Notes: generated from the letters alone by a model not told the origin. A stretch of DNA of 52,698 nucleotides from Octopus bimaculoides (GCF_001194135.2 NC_068988.1:39221912-39274609), one strand, 5' to 3'; counted from the stretch's first letter, positions 25,383 to 37,647 are shown. Program-made: numbers and translations.

Positions 25383-25727
25383 TCACCCACCGCAAAAAAA
25401 TCCCAAATTTTATTTAATTTGCTTTGCGGGAAGGACTGTTTCAACGAAGTCGCATATTGTCCTTGCCTTTGAAACACTGAGTAGATGAAACAGGGACAAC
25501 TGATGAAGGGGCATATTCTTCATGTTGCATGTCACGTTTCTCTGTTTTTTTTCGTTGTTCGAAAATGTTTGTTTTCTATGTTTTCGTTTTTATGTTTTCG
25601 TTTCTCATTGTGGCTAACGTTTTTTTTATGTCCTGTACCCATATATGCATGTGTATATACATATATATGTAGGTATGTGCATATATGTACAACTCCAGTC
25701 TGATATGTATGCTGTGAGTTAATGGGC

Positions 25728-26620
25728 AGACAAAAACAAAATGAAACTGAACGAGGGAAGATTTGAGCTGATGCATTTTGGAAGAAAGTCTATACTAAAA
25801 CAGCCATACTATCTTCCTTCAGAGGAACCGCTCACGGATATCCAATATCAAAGATCTGGGTGTAATTGTTGACAACAATCTCAATTAGAGTGCCCACATC
25901 AGCAATAAGGTCAATATAGCTCGTAGGATGAGCTCCTGGATCTTAAGAACCTTCCGGTCCAGAGAACAAGGTGTCATCATTCCACTTTTCTCCTCCTTTG
26001 TACAGCCACACTTCGAATACTGCTCCCCCTTGTGGTCACCCCATACGAAACAAAACATCTCGAGGATTGAATCACCCCAGAGGGCACTCACTAAATGAGT
26101 TGAAGGCATGACTGATCTTGATTACTGGGACCGCCTTAAAGCCTTGAAACCCTACTCTCTCCAGCGCCGCCGCGAGCGGTACATCATCTGTACGATGTGG
26201 AGAATGTACCGCCAGCATTGCCCAAACAACCTGAACATTAGTTTCAAGGTTCATTCAAGGCTGGGACCACGGGCCATACGTCCCCTGCCCAGTTCGGGAT
26301 CACAACATATAGGTACATTGCGGCATAATTTCTTTTCTCCAACAGGCCCTGCCCTGTTAAACATTGTCCCGAAACAGATAAAAGAGGAAACAGATCCTAT
26401 CAGCTTTAAACGGAATCTAGACAGATTTCTTCAAGGAATACCAGACAAGCCACCCATACCTGGATACAACTCACTCAATAAGAACTCATTACTTGAATGG
26501 ACCATAAATAAATCTTGACGGTAAAAAGAGTTTAGATAATTCTATCAGGTGGCGCTATTAAGTTAGACATGGTCTGGACCAATCTTTGGTCGAAGCATAT
26601 CTAAGTTTATCTAAGTTTAT
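25728..26620 (+). mobile_element. 5'-truncated CR1-like non-LTR retrotransposon (RT C-terminus plus 3' UTR)
   Basis: NKMKLNEGRFELMHFG, KDLGVIVDNNL, WILRTFRSR, QPHFEYCSPLWSP, LDYWDRLKALKPYSLQRRRERY, FKRNLDRFLQGIPD; stops and frameshifts present; ends in a short (atctaagttt)2 tail. Confidence 0.88.
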
Positions 26621-27040
26621 GTATGTATATGCATATATTTATGTATTATTTATATTATAATATGATCGAACCCCACGCATCCTTTTCCAAGTAAGTTATA
26701 TATATATACATATATATGTGTATGTGTGTGTGTATGTGTGTGTGCGTGCGTGTGTGTGTGTGTGTGTGCGTGTGTGTGTGTGTGTGTGTTTGTGTGTGTG
26801 TGTATGTGTTGATATATATATGGTTTTAGAATATACACAAATGTATAGAAGAAAAAAAGAGACAAGTGAAAGAACAACAAATGTGTATTAATTTAATGCT
26901 AGGGTAAAATGGAAGAAAACTTTGCAATTTGGAGCCTACACTCTCCTATAGTAGAAATGACGCGAGAAATCTTATGGAGAGAGAAAACAAAAATTGAGAG
27001 AGAAAAAAATTTGTCTGAATTAACGGTGCTACATGTTCAG

Positions 27041-27102
27041 CTGACCGGAAGGAAGTTGCCGGCGGCGTTGGTACCAAAGGAGACGACACTGATTTGACTA
27101 AA
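27041..27102 (+). CDS. Candidate internal coding exon (xDRKEVAGGVGTKGDDTDLTK)
   Basis: catgttcag|CT GAC...AAA|gtgtgt; 62 nt, GC/CpG-rich against background; ends in phase 0, compatible with 28175. Confidence 0.35.
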
Positions 27103-27329
27103 GTGTGTTTGCACAACCTTGAGCGTGTGTGTGTAAGGATAAAATGTGTGGTGCGTGTTTGTGTGCGTTTGTGTGAGGCGACGTGTGCGCGTGTACTACG
27201 TGTATTTATGTATGTGTGTGTGAACGTGCGTTTATATATGTGAGTGTGCAGGCGTGTTTGTGTAGCAGTTAACTTGTGTGTGTATACTGTGTGCGAATTG
27301 CGTGCTACACACACACACATATATGTATG

Positions 27330-27380
<51 letters not shown>

Positions 27381-27820
27381 NNNNNNNNNNNNNNNNNNNN
27401 NNNNNNNNNNNNNNNNNNNNNNNNNNNNNNNNNNNNNNNNNNNNNNNNNNNNNNNNNNNNNNNNNNNNNNNNNNNNNNNNNNNNNNNNNNNNNNNNNNNN
27501 NNNNNNNNNNNNNNNNNNNNNNNNNNNNNNNNNNNNNNNNNNNNNNNNNNNNNNNNNNNNNNNNNNNNNNNNNNNNNNNNNNNNNNNNNNNNNNNNNNNN
27601 NNNNNNNNNNNNNNNNNNNNNNNNNNNNNNNNNNNNNNNNNNNNNNNNNNNNNNNNNNNNNNNNNNNNNNNNNNNNNNNNNNNNNNNNNNNNNNNNNNNN
27701 NNNNNNNNNNNNNNNNNNNNNNNNNNNNNNNNNNNNNNNNNNNNNNNNNNNNNNNNNCTTAACTGGTTCTTCACTCTGGCTACTTGATAAATTCTTATAT
27801 AGATTTTATCCTTATATTTA

Positions 27821-27854
<34 letters not shown>

Positions 27855-27859
27855 GTGCA

Positions 27860-27893
<34 letters not shown>

Positions 27894-27907
27894 TGTGCGT
27901 GTGTGTG

Positions 27908-28072
27908 TGTAATAGGCTTCCACATAATTTCCGTCAACCCATTCCACTGACAAGGTCTGCCCGCAGCTATAATGGAAGATGCCCAAGGCACTGCGCAGTG
28001 GGACTGAACCTGAAACCATGTGATTGTGAAGCGAACTACCTAACGACATGAATGCAAAGTCATGCCTGCGCT
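27908..28072 (-). mobile_element. SINE family A head
   Basis: Reverse complement of the head (gcgcagtgggactgaacc...gcctgcgc). Confidence 0.75.
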
Positions 28073-28174
28073 TATATCCATGCCTGCGATTCAGCGTAAA
28101 GGAAAAAAGTAAAACAAAACAAAAAAATACAAGAAAGTGAAATAAGGATGTTATTTTAACAATTGCTTTCACAG

Positions 28175-28285
28175 TATGATTTCGTCACAATCAACTCTTT
28201 GACGGTCACAGGAACTGACGCAGAATTAAATATGCCGTGCCATGAACTTAATTCCAACTGTACGCGAGGTTTGACACGACCTCGG
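28175..28285 (+). CDS. Candidate internal coding exon (YDFVTINSLTVTGTDAELNMPCHELNSNCTRGLTRPR)
   Basis: aattgctttcacag|TAT...CGG|gtgaat; 111 nt, phase 0-0, open frame. Confidence 0.4.
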
Positions 28286-28609
28286 GTGAATAAGTTTAGT
28301 GCCATATTTTTAAATTACCCCCCCCCCTCTGATACACATCTGGTCTCTTGTCCTCAGTCATACGCAAACACACGTAGACACTCACACACATGCTAATTTA
28401 TTCCAAGACGCATTTACCATTAAATGCTAAATAGACATGCAGGCATATCACTATATACCCGGATCTGAGCTTGGACTGTGATGATAGGCTGCGTCTGTGT
28501 GATCATGTGAGCAGTGTGGTGTGGTGTGGTGATGGTGGTTGTGGTGTATGTGTGTGCGTGTGCGTGAGCGAGAGCGAGAGAGAATATGTGTCAAGTAGAC
28601 TTTCTGTTA

Positions 28610-28818
28610 TCTCTTTTATTATTTTTATTTTGCTTCAAACATTAGACTGCGGCCATGCTGGAGTACCGCTTTGAAACATTTTTAGTCGAATGAATCGACT
28701 CCAGTACTCTTTTTTTATAAAGCCTGATACTTATTCTATCGGTCTGTTTTGCCGAACCGCTAGATTGCAGGAACGAAAACATACTAACACCAGTTGACAA
28801 GTGGTGGAAAGTTGGGGA

Positions 28819-28853
<35 letters not shown>

Positions 28854-29048
28854 NNNNNNNNNNTATATATATATATATATATATTCCACGTGTTTCTTCC
28901 AGTTTCCATCTACCAAATCCACTCACAAGGTTTTGGTCAGCCCAAGGCTATAGTAGAAGACACTTGCCTAATGTGCCTCTTAGTAGGAATGAACCTGGAA
29001 CAGTGTGGCTGGGAAGCAAGCTTCTTACCACAAATCCACGCCTCCGCC
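28610..29048 (-). mobile_element. SINE family A, full-length copy with a 10-N gap in the internal microsatellite
   Basis: Tail, body, (CA/TA)n tract and head are all present in reverse complement. Confidence 0.85.
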
Positions 29049-29323
29049 GATAATTGTAAATCTCAAAGTTTAGTTTCATGTATTTAGTTGTTGTTTAACC
29101 TATGATTGACCTTCATCCAGAAAATCTATTGCTAAAGGCATCCCAGTCATGCCCATTCCGTTGTTTATTCAGACATTGTGCATCAAAGACCACATTATTC
29201 AACAAGTTATTCTTAGTTTTAAGACAGTAAGGTGTAATTTTCGTGAGATTTGGTTGCTATTTCCAATAAGTAAAGTGAACCAGGAGTGACTAACCAGTTA
29301 GATAACTTGTCCCTTATTCCCAG

Positions 29324-29410
29324 CAGATTAGACAGTCTCATAGAAGCTCTCATTTTGGCTCATTTCCCTCGTTCACTCACTTGCATGAAGCTTTATTGTA
29401 TAAAGAGTAA
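29324..29410 (+). CDS. Candidate terminal coding exon (QIRQSHRSSHFGSFPSFTHLHEALLYKE*)
   Basis: aacttgtcccttattcccag|CAG in phase 0, TAA at 29408-29410, AATAAA at 29502-29507 followed by a GT-rich tract; an overlapping - strand frame is also open. Confidence 0.3.
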   Translation, partial: QIRQSHRSSHFGSFPSFTHLHEALLYKE

Positions 29411-31075
29411 ACTGTCTATTGAAACGACCGCACTCTATTACTGGTATATATTCCAACAACGTATTGTTGACGGAAAGATCATGAATAACACTGAAAGCAG
29501 AAATAAACCATATAGTGTACAGCCATGTCTGTCTGTAAGATAACTCCAGTAAGTATTATTTATATAAGTATTATTTATATAATAGATTCTGCCTCAGCTT
29601 CAGTGATGAGGAGAATATTCATTGTTGGAGCAACGGCGCTATATACTATATAACCCTATTGACTGAGTATTTATCACTCATAATCCTTTACCCTTTTAAT
29701 TTGTAATAATTATTCACTCCCCGTTAGTAAACGCAGATTTTCTGCGGTATTGCTTGTCACGCACATGGTAATTTCTTGAAGGAAGGATAGTGGGCTGGCT
29801 GGCCGAGGTAGATTCGGTTATGCTTTCAGATTTGTGTCGATGTAGAATGTTACTCGTTCATGCATGCACAGTTTGCTAGCATAGTCGAATTTACTACTGG
29901 AATATCGTATTGATGAAGGAAATTGAGTATTTATCACTCATAATCCAGAAACGCGTCTACGATTAATCCTCGGAATGGTTAGTTTTCATTGTTTTTTCTT
30001 CTTGTTTATGCCTTCGTGAGTTACAAGTCATGCTATCTGTTGGAGTCTCAGCTTTTTTAGCTGCTATTTCTGAACTTCGGTATGTGGTGAAGCAAATATT
30101 TGCTGATCCCTTAATNNNNNNNNNNNNNNNNNNNNNNNNNNNNNNNNNNNNNNNNNNNNNNNNNNNNNNNNNNNNNNNNNNNNNNNNNNNNNNNNNNNNN
30201 NNNNNNNNNNNNNNNNNNNNNNNNNNNNNNNNNNNNNNNNNNNNNNNNNNNNNNNNNNNNNNNNNNNNNNNNNNNNNNNNNNNNNNNNNNNNNNNNNNNN
30301 NNNNNNNNNNNNNNNNNNNNNNNNNNNNNNNNNNNNNNNNNNNNNNNNNNNNNNNNNNNNNNNNNNNNNNNNNNNNNNNNNNNNNNNNNNNNNNNNNNNN
30401 NATATATATATATATATACATATATATTTGTGTGAGTGTGATTCTTTTAATCCAAAGACTACTAGAACCAGACAAAACTCGATAGAATGTAAGATATATC
30501 TCCCTGTGGAGAACGGCATAAGATTCGAAACGTTGACACCGCTGCAGGGTATCTCTTACTTACTTTCCCAGTGTCTCTCCCTCCTACCCACCAAGTACTC
30601 AATTAGACTCACTCACATTTATTTATGCAATGTCAGAAGCAACATCCAACGTATTCTTTCTTTTGTTTTTGTTTTTGTTTTACACACGTTAATCTTCTAT
30701 TATAGTCTTTATTTCAGACGGAATAAATTACAATAGAAAACGCCGGAGTCATAAATTTATCTCAAAATTTGTTTTCCTGCCTGTATAGCTTCAACTACTT
30801 TCATTAGTTTTTGAATTTGATTTATGTCTTCATTGAAATTAAACGAATTCTTTTGATAATTTCAATCATGTCTATTAAGTAATTAGATTTTCAGATTGCT
30901 ACGCACAATAAAGTGACAGCTCCTTATTGCCGCCATTTATTTACTCCTTAATTAATGTCGGGTTCAACATCACCGCTCATGGTATTCCTTTGGGTTACTT
31001 CAGCGGAGTCAACTTTCTTGCAAATATTAAGGTCAAGTCCTTAGTCTAAAGACAACTCAATATTTTGACGTGCTA

Positions 31076-31289
31076 GGGCGGCGAGCTTGCAGAATCGTTA
31101 GACCGCCGAACAAAATGCTTAGCAACATTTTGTCCATTTTTACGTTCTGAGTTTAAAATCCGCCGACGCTAAGTTTGCCTTTCATCCTTTTGGGGTCGAT
31201 AAAATAAGTACCAGTTGAGCATTGGAGGTCGATGTTATCGACTCACCCTCTCCCTTGAACTTGCTGGCGTTGAACCGAAATTTGAAACT
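31076..31289 (+). mobile_element. tRNA-derived SINE family B with a central gcctttcatcctt..ggggtcgataaaataagtaccag domain (resembles the Meta-type SINE core)
   Basis: Head gggcggcgagcttgcagaatcgttag...ttctgagtttaaaatcc; further copies at 44445-45166, 49802-49973 and a fragment near 31960-32060. Confidence 0.8.
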
Positions 31290-32462
31290 AATATATTGAC
31301 GTACTAATTGTTACTGTATCATGAGTCATGGCGTCTGTCTCCTCCACTCCTGCCCTCTCTTGTCTCGAAGACCCTGCAAAATATGGTCCGTTGTGTTATC
31401 CCCTTTTCCACTGACTTCCATTCATTTTCTTTCGTATGTTGTTTATTATCTGGTCTGCTCCGTTTTATTTCTATTTTGTCATCAATTCCCATTTCATCTA
31501 CGAATTTCTAATCTGACTCTTCTGCCACCATCACTTTCTGTCAAGCTCTCATTCAAACAAACATAGTTATAAACACGGGGTTGTATCTCCATGTATTATA
31601 TTTAGTAACACTGTTAAATTTTATGACTACGGGAGCTTTTGGTAGCTTGGAAAGAGAACTGAGCGGGATGCCATCGTTATTATTTAACAACTCATCAGGA
31701 TTTGCTTACTTCTCCCTCCAAAGGAACAAAGAGATGAGCAAATGATATTTGCTCTCAGAGGAAAGGTATCATTTTGGTCAAATAGTAAAAATAATTAGAT
31801 CAAATGACATCTATCACTAACCAATTAGCGTAAGGTTAATTATTAGCATAAACACATTTTCCACATATATGATACGCAAAACAACTAACATTACATTTAA
31901 TAAAAGGTAATGGTTTGACAGAATCGGTTGAGTGACAAACAAAACGCCATGCATTAAATAGTTATATTCTTTACGTTCATACTATCGTCGATTTTGCATT
32001 TCACCATTTTAGGGTCCATAAGTACTAGTAACAGACTGGGAGCGAGTTAAACGATTACACACCAATTCCAGATACGTTTTTTAAAACTGTGTGCTGGATC
32101 AATATTACATTTAATTGACTACGTAATGACCGTTGTTTGGTTCAATAATGCCTTTAATCTTGCACTAAGTAAGATACATTCTATTTGCCATAAACATGCT
32201 TTATACTGCTATAGCTACAACACCATTTGAGTCATACTCGATACAGACTGGTATAAACATACTACATATCATGCGTAATATAACTGATACGATAATAGGG
32301 AGTACACGTTATATCATATTTGTGACGCCACTGATAATACAAGCTATATTATTGCATCTATCATAGTTGACTGGTTCTACATTAAACAAACTATATTACA
32401 CATAAATGTAATACCAGAAGATGACATAGTCTATCTATTCATCTGTCTGTCTGTTTGTCTGG

Positions 32463-32522
<60 letters not shown>

Positions 32523-32532
32523 ATTTATCTCT

Positions 32533-32573
<41 letters not shown>

Positions 32574-32869
32574 AGAGTTCCATAACTCATTCGATAGAGG
32601 AGATGCCATTGTAAACTTCGCTTTGGCGTAATGTATCTATCATATGTGTGCAAGCATGTATTTATGTATGTATACATGCATGCTGTATGTATATGCATAT
32701 ACATATATGTATATATATTTGTATATACACGCATATCTCTATATATGTACATATATAGTTTTAGGGAAAGAACCAAGGTTCATATACATATTCATACATA
32801 TATATATATAATACAAAGAATATATATGCATGTATGCACCCATATATGTACATACTTACACAGAAATTC

Positions 32870-32952
<83 letters not shown>

Positions 32953-33402
32953 CACACACATCTGATATATCCCAGCAGGAGGTGTTTAAATCAACACTTA
33001 AGATAACAAAGCTCTCCGACACTCATACGTTTACAGAATGCAGTCGCTTTTTGATTTCTCCATTCTATCTATGCATAGTTAAATGAACTGAGCCACTTAA
33101 GAATTAGATGTGATTAGAAGGTGACAGACAAGATACAACTCGCAGACTTCTTAGCTTGTTTGAAGAACTACCAGCTCGGTAGTTTATATACTTGCTATAC
33201 TTCAAACGTTTAAAGCGGTAATAAATCGTTATTATAAGATCACAGAAAGCCTGATACTGACAGATCAAATGTCAGCTATTATTTGATGATTGTATAAAAC
33301 ATCAAATCAAATAATGGCAGCTATCACCTGCTAACATCGTCGATATTATGTGATTAAACCATAGGTATTGTTGTATCGAATGACAGCAACGACTTGATCA
33401 AA

Positions 33403-33617
33403 TGAGATGCTGAAAAGTTTCTGGCTTTGGGTAAGAGAAAATAAAGGAGGATAAGTTAATTATGATTTTATTCAACGCATTCCCCTCTCACCTTTACATA
33501 CTTATTGCAGCGGCACTTCAGTTTTTCTAAGCCCTGTAAAAGAACTTGGATGATTTGACCTCCAACTAGGTCTTTCGCGATACTCCTAAATGCAAGAACT
33601 TTTCAGCACCCCTCGTA
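33403..33617 (-). mobile_element. Mariner-derived MITE, second copy
   Basis: TIRs gatgctgaaaagtttctggcttt / aagaacttttcagcacccctcgta; the interior matches 10941-11156 in reverse complement. Confidence 0.75.
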
Positions 33618-34079
33618 TATATCATCAGATCAAATGTGAGGTATCATCTGATCAATTTGTAAAGATCAACAAATCAAGTGGCAGCTGAATCATCAGATGA
33701 AATGACAGCAGTCGTTTGATAACATCTTAGATGTCATGTCAAATCTCCTTAGATATCATAGATGTAGATCAAGATATTATCTTGATCTAAGATCGAAGAT
33801 ATCATATCGCAGATGTAAATCAAATGGTAAATATTAAATCCCAAATATTTCCAGACCACAGATAGCAAATTGCAGATGTCATCGAATCGAGTATGTTGTC
33901 AATTAACTGATGACACAAGATAAAAAAAACCAAAGAGCTACACTTATAGTGCTAACTTACGTAATATATAAATAGCTTTAAACAAACATCTACCTTGAGC
34001 CAATTGCCACGTGATATAACAATATCCTAATTCTTATCTGAAAGTCGAAGTCAGCTGAGTTGATAGGGAGCCAGCTTAC

Positions 34080-34197
34080 CTATTAAAGAGTCGACTATGA
34101 TCGTCTTGGATCATAGCATGACCTTAGCCGGTAATAGTCTTAAGTCCCGCATGCACAAACTCTATAGATATGTACAAGAAATAGGTGTAGATTACCT
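34080..34197 (-). other. Candidate exon with strong splice sites; 5'-UTR, first-coding or non-coding
   Basis: ttcttgttgcttacag|AGG...TTTAATAG|gtaagc; all three frames contain stops, and an ATG near the 3' end gives MIQDDHSRLFN. Confidence 0.25.
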
Positions 34198-35384
34198 CTG
34201 TAAGCAACAAGAATACTTTAAACTTATTCAGTGTTTCATTAATTTACGTTGCAGTGAATAAATCAAATCCTATTATGGGTATGATTTGAAAATATACGCC
34301 GACTTCGTATGATTGCTTTCATTGATAGCCTATGAATCCAGGAGTTCTGGGAATTCGACTTTGATCTATAACTAGTACTATTGTATAAAACAGTTACATG
34401 TCTTCTGTACACATTGACATTCAATTAGCAAATCTATTTAACTCTTAGCTAATACTGCACCTCTAACGATTACCACATTCTGTAATACATCATTCTGTCA
34501 TATATCATCGACCAATTAAAAATCCAGTATGATTTAAGTTATTCCAAAAGGTTTCGTTAAAGTTTACCCTAACTGTCATAATGCTGTTGATATTATTACG
34601 TAAAAGTCAATAGTGGCAAATAGTGATTGGTATTTGTTTTTGCGCTATATCACGTGATATTTTGTTATCTCAGTGTTTGACCCAGTAGACTTCTACAGTA
34701 TTTGATTACTGTTACATTATTTCACAAACCTCACCATTTTTTACTGTAATTCAATCAAATGATGATAATTATAGATAACGACATTTTTGATTCGTATATC
34801 AGTAGTACATCCATTACACTGTTAATTTTTTGTCTTATCTCTTTTAATCAGACACCAGCAGTTACTGCTCTGTCCTTATCGCTGTATAATAGATTCTGTA
34901 TTCTTTCTCCGAACGTGAGATGTTTACACTTAGCCGATGACAACTGTCGTGGAAATGAATACCAAGCCATTAGTTTCCAAAAGGGATATTAAACTATACT
35001 TTAAGATCTCCGTGTTCTATATACCGGAGAGTGCAATTCTTCTTTGAGTATGTGAATAATGGTGTCTACAAAATAAGACGTTCTGTCGCTTGAAGTCGGT
35101 ATTTAAAACCCAGCATATAAGAGCCAACTTAGAAGCCTCGGTATATTTGCTCGGGCTACGAGAAATAAATATCGAACTGCTTTAAATCACATCATAATAT
35201 CGTAAAAATGTGGAAAGGGGCTAGGGGTTATTTTGTCTTAGATACATTATTCCTGGGGTAAAAAATATGATGGTATAGTCAAGGATGGAAGGCCTTTACT
35301 TAGAAGCCTGCTGAATTTGAGCTGACCTGCGACTAAAGAACAAGTACTAGTACTCAAGCACAACTGCTACTTGTAAAAGGCAAT

Positions 35385-35590
35385 GATGCAGCGTGCATGT
35401 AATTGCTCAAACTGTTATAAACGGAACACAAATTAACCCTCTTCAATGTCTACCATTATAAAAAAGGAAGGACGTGTTGAATGATGTATTTCTGGCTATA
35501 ACGGCTGGGATGGCTTTGACCTTAGTTTTGTTGAATCTGAGTTGACCTGGAGCTAAACAACCACAGCCACAACAACAACAACTACAACCA
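35385..35590 (+). mobile_element. Dispersed repeat family D with a (CAA)n tail (SINE- or LINE-3'-end-like); related pieces at ~29080-29225 (-), 35270-35345 and 47925-48165
   Basis: Shared aaaaggaaggacg..tt.(g)a..atgt and g.tgacctgg.gctaaacaac motifs seen by eye. Confidence 0.45.
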
Positions 35591-35756
35591 TCCAACATTT
35601 ATGCTAGTTTCACCATGAACGGTCATAACTGAGAAAGTCATTATCCAGCTTATTTTTTTATTTGACTATTTCGTAGTTTAGCGTCGCTGCATTATCAAAT
35701 AACTATAGTCAGAGCCGCCGGGCACAGGGCGGATTTTTAGAATTATTTCTTACACC

Positions 35757-36000
35757 AGCGCAGGCGCGCCTATGTGGTTAGAAGTTTGCTTCTCAAATAC
35801 ACGATTCCCGGTTCAGTTCCACTTCAAGTTTCATTGGCCAGATAGATCTCTTCTACTATAGCCTCGGGCTGGCCAAAGCTTTGTGAACGGATTTGGCAGA
35901 TGGAAATTGAAAGAAGTCATCGTATATATGTCTTTGTGTATGTGTATGCGTGTGTGTGTTTGCGCGCGCGACTTTGTGCCTGTGTTTGTCCCCCACCACA
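35757..36000 (+). mobile_element. SINE family A, 5' two-thirds
   Basis: Head gcgcaggcgcgcctatgtggttag...cccggttcagttcc and the internal microsatellite; cut off by a family C copy. Confidence 0.75.
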
Positions 36001-36002
36001 AC

Positions 36003-36217
36003 TTGAATTACAGGCACAACAGAAACAGGAAGTAAGAGTGAGAGAAAGTTGTGGTGAAAGAGTACAGCAAGGTTCACCACCATCCCCTGCTGGAGCCTCG
36101 TGGAGCTTTTAGGTGTTTTCGCTCAATAAACATTCACAATGCCCGGTCTGGGAATCGAAACCGCGATCCTATGACCACGAGTCCGCTGCTCTAACCACTG
36201 GGCCATTGCGCCTCCAC
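36003..36217 (-). mobile_element. tRNA-derived SINE family C
   Basis: The - strand reads gtggaggcgcaaTGGCCCAGTGGttagagcagcggactcgtggtcataggatcgcGGTTTCGATTCCcagacc: clear A and B boxes followed by a non-tRNA body. Confidence 0.75.
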
Positions 36218-36911
36218 ATAACATACAGTATTCTTCTGAAAAAGCATGCCATGGAATACATGCAAATAATAGAGGCTCTTAACTTTTAGACACAAGTGTT
36301 GATGCAAATATTGTACATTCCTGTTACATTCCTGTACCAAGATCACACTGATCTACATGTGCAGTTTAATCTCGCTTCAAAAACTTAGTGGCTTAGTGTT
36401 AATTTCCAAGACAGCTGTCATCGGTTAACAGTAAACGTGTTGAACTAGCCGTTCGAACAAAGAATGCAGATTCTATTATAAAACGATAAGTACAGAACAG
36501 TAATTGTTGGTGTCTGATATAAAAGTGATAAGACAAGAAATAAACAATATCATGGATATACGACTGATATACAAAATAAACAGTCGTTATCTTCAATTAC
36601 CATCATTTGATCAAACTACAGAAAAAGAGGTGGGTATGAGAAATAGTGTAACAATAATCAGGTACTACACACACGCGCGCGCGTATGTGTATATGCATAT
36701 ATAGATATATATTTATGTAAGTATGTATAAAACTACTGGATGAAACACTGAGATAACACAATAACAAGTGATACTGTAAAAAGCAAAACAAATAAGCAAA
36801 AAACTATCTTCATTTACTACTGCTAACTTTTACATAATAATAACAGCAATAAGACAGTTACAGTAAACTTTAACGAAACCTTTTGGAACAAGTAAGTTAC
36901 ATTGCCTGGAA

Positions 36912-37276
36912 ATGTCAGACAACCAATCTTCCATTTTCTGACAAATAAGGCGCACATACAAAATGCATATACACGCACACACATGTATATGCATCCACTA
37001 TTGGAAAACAGTAAAGAAAAGAAAACAAGTAATATGTATGTATGTATGTATGTACGTATGTATGTATGCATATGTGAATGTATATCCTGTTGCACATATA
37101 AGCGTTCACATAGACTCACGTATAAAGGAACAAGAGAAAACTTTGGACACAGAGTCTCACATTGAAACAGTGTGAAGCGCTCTGTTTTTACACAAATTCG
37201 TACATAAATGCAAACAAATACTTAGATATGCACGAATATATGCGTATAAGTATATAGCCACTGTTTATATATAAAT

Positions 37277-37326
<50 letters not shown>

Positions 37327-37615
37327 GTGTATGCATTTATATGTAAACAGTGGCTATATACAGTTCTATATTTAAGAGATGAGGAATTATGTACATTATT
37401 TGCATTATTTACAGTTGACGGATATGTGTCCTCATCTTGTTTGTTGTTAACACAACGTTTCGGCTGATANNNNNNNNNNCAGTTGACGGATATGTGTCCT
37501 CATCTTGTTTGTTGTTAACACAACGTTTCGGCTGATATATCCTCCAGCCTTCATTAGGTGTCTTGGGAAAATTTCGAACCTGGGTTCTCATTCCGTAGGT
37601 ATTTTTCGATGTTAA

Positions 37616-37647
<32 letters not shown>

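Noticed and set aside
25455-25540. GAAAC...CTGATGAAGG motif with a ttgtcc/ggacaa stem, suggesting another hammerhead
   Set aside because: No GAAA follows stem II and no topology closes all three stems; it may be a PLE terminal repeat, but a ribozyme is unsupported.
29377-29494. - strand exon candidate (VIHDLSVNNTLLEYIPVIECGRFNRQFTLYTIKLHA) with good splice sites
   Set aside because: It overlaps the + strand terminal-exon candidate and has no linked partner exon; kept only as an alternative reading.
29604-29667. C box (GTGATGA) and D box (CTGA) about 60 nt apart, snoRNA-like
   Set aside because: No convincing terminal stem or D'/C' boxes, and no guide complementarity that I can recognise.
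31670-31710. CTGATGAG plus a short stem on the - strand
   Set aside because: The stem is followed by GATG rather than GAAA, and there are no stems I or III.
37412-37538. 58-bp tandem duplication across the 10-N gap (37412-37469 versus 37480 onward), which creates an apparent extra partial hammerhead
   Set aside because: Identical sequence on both sides of a minimal gap is an unmerged contig overlap.
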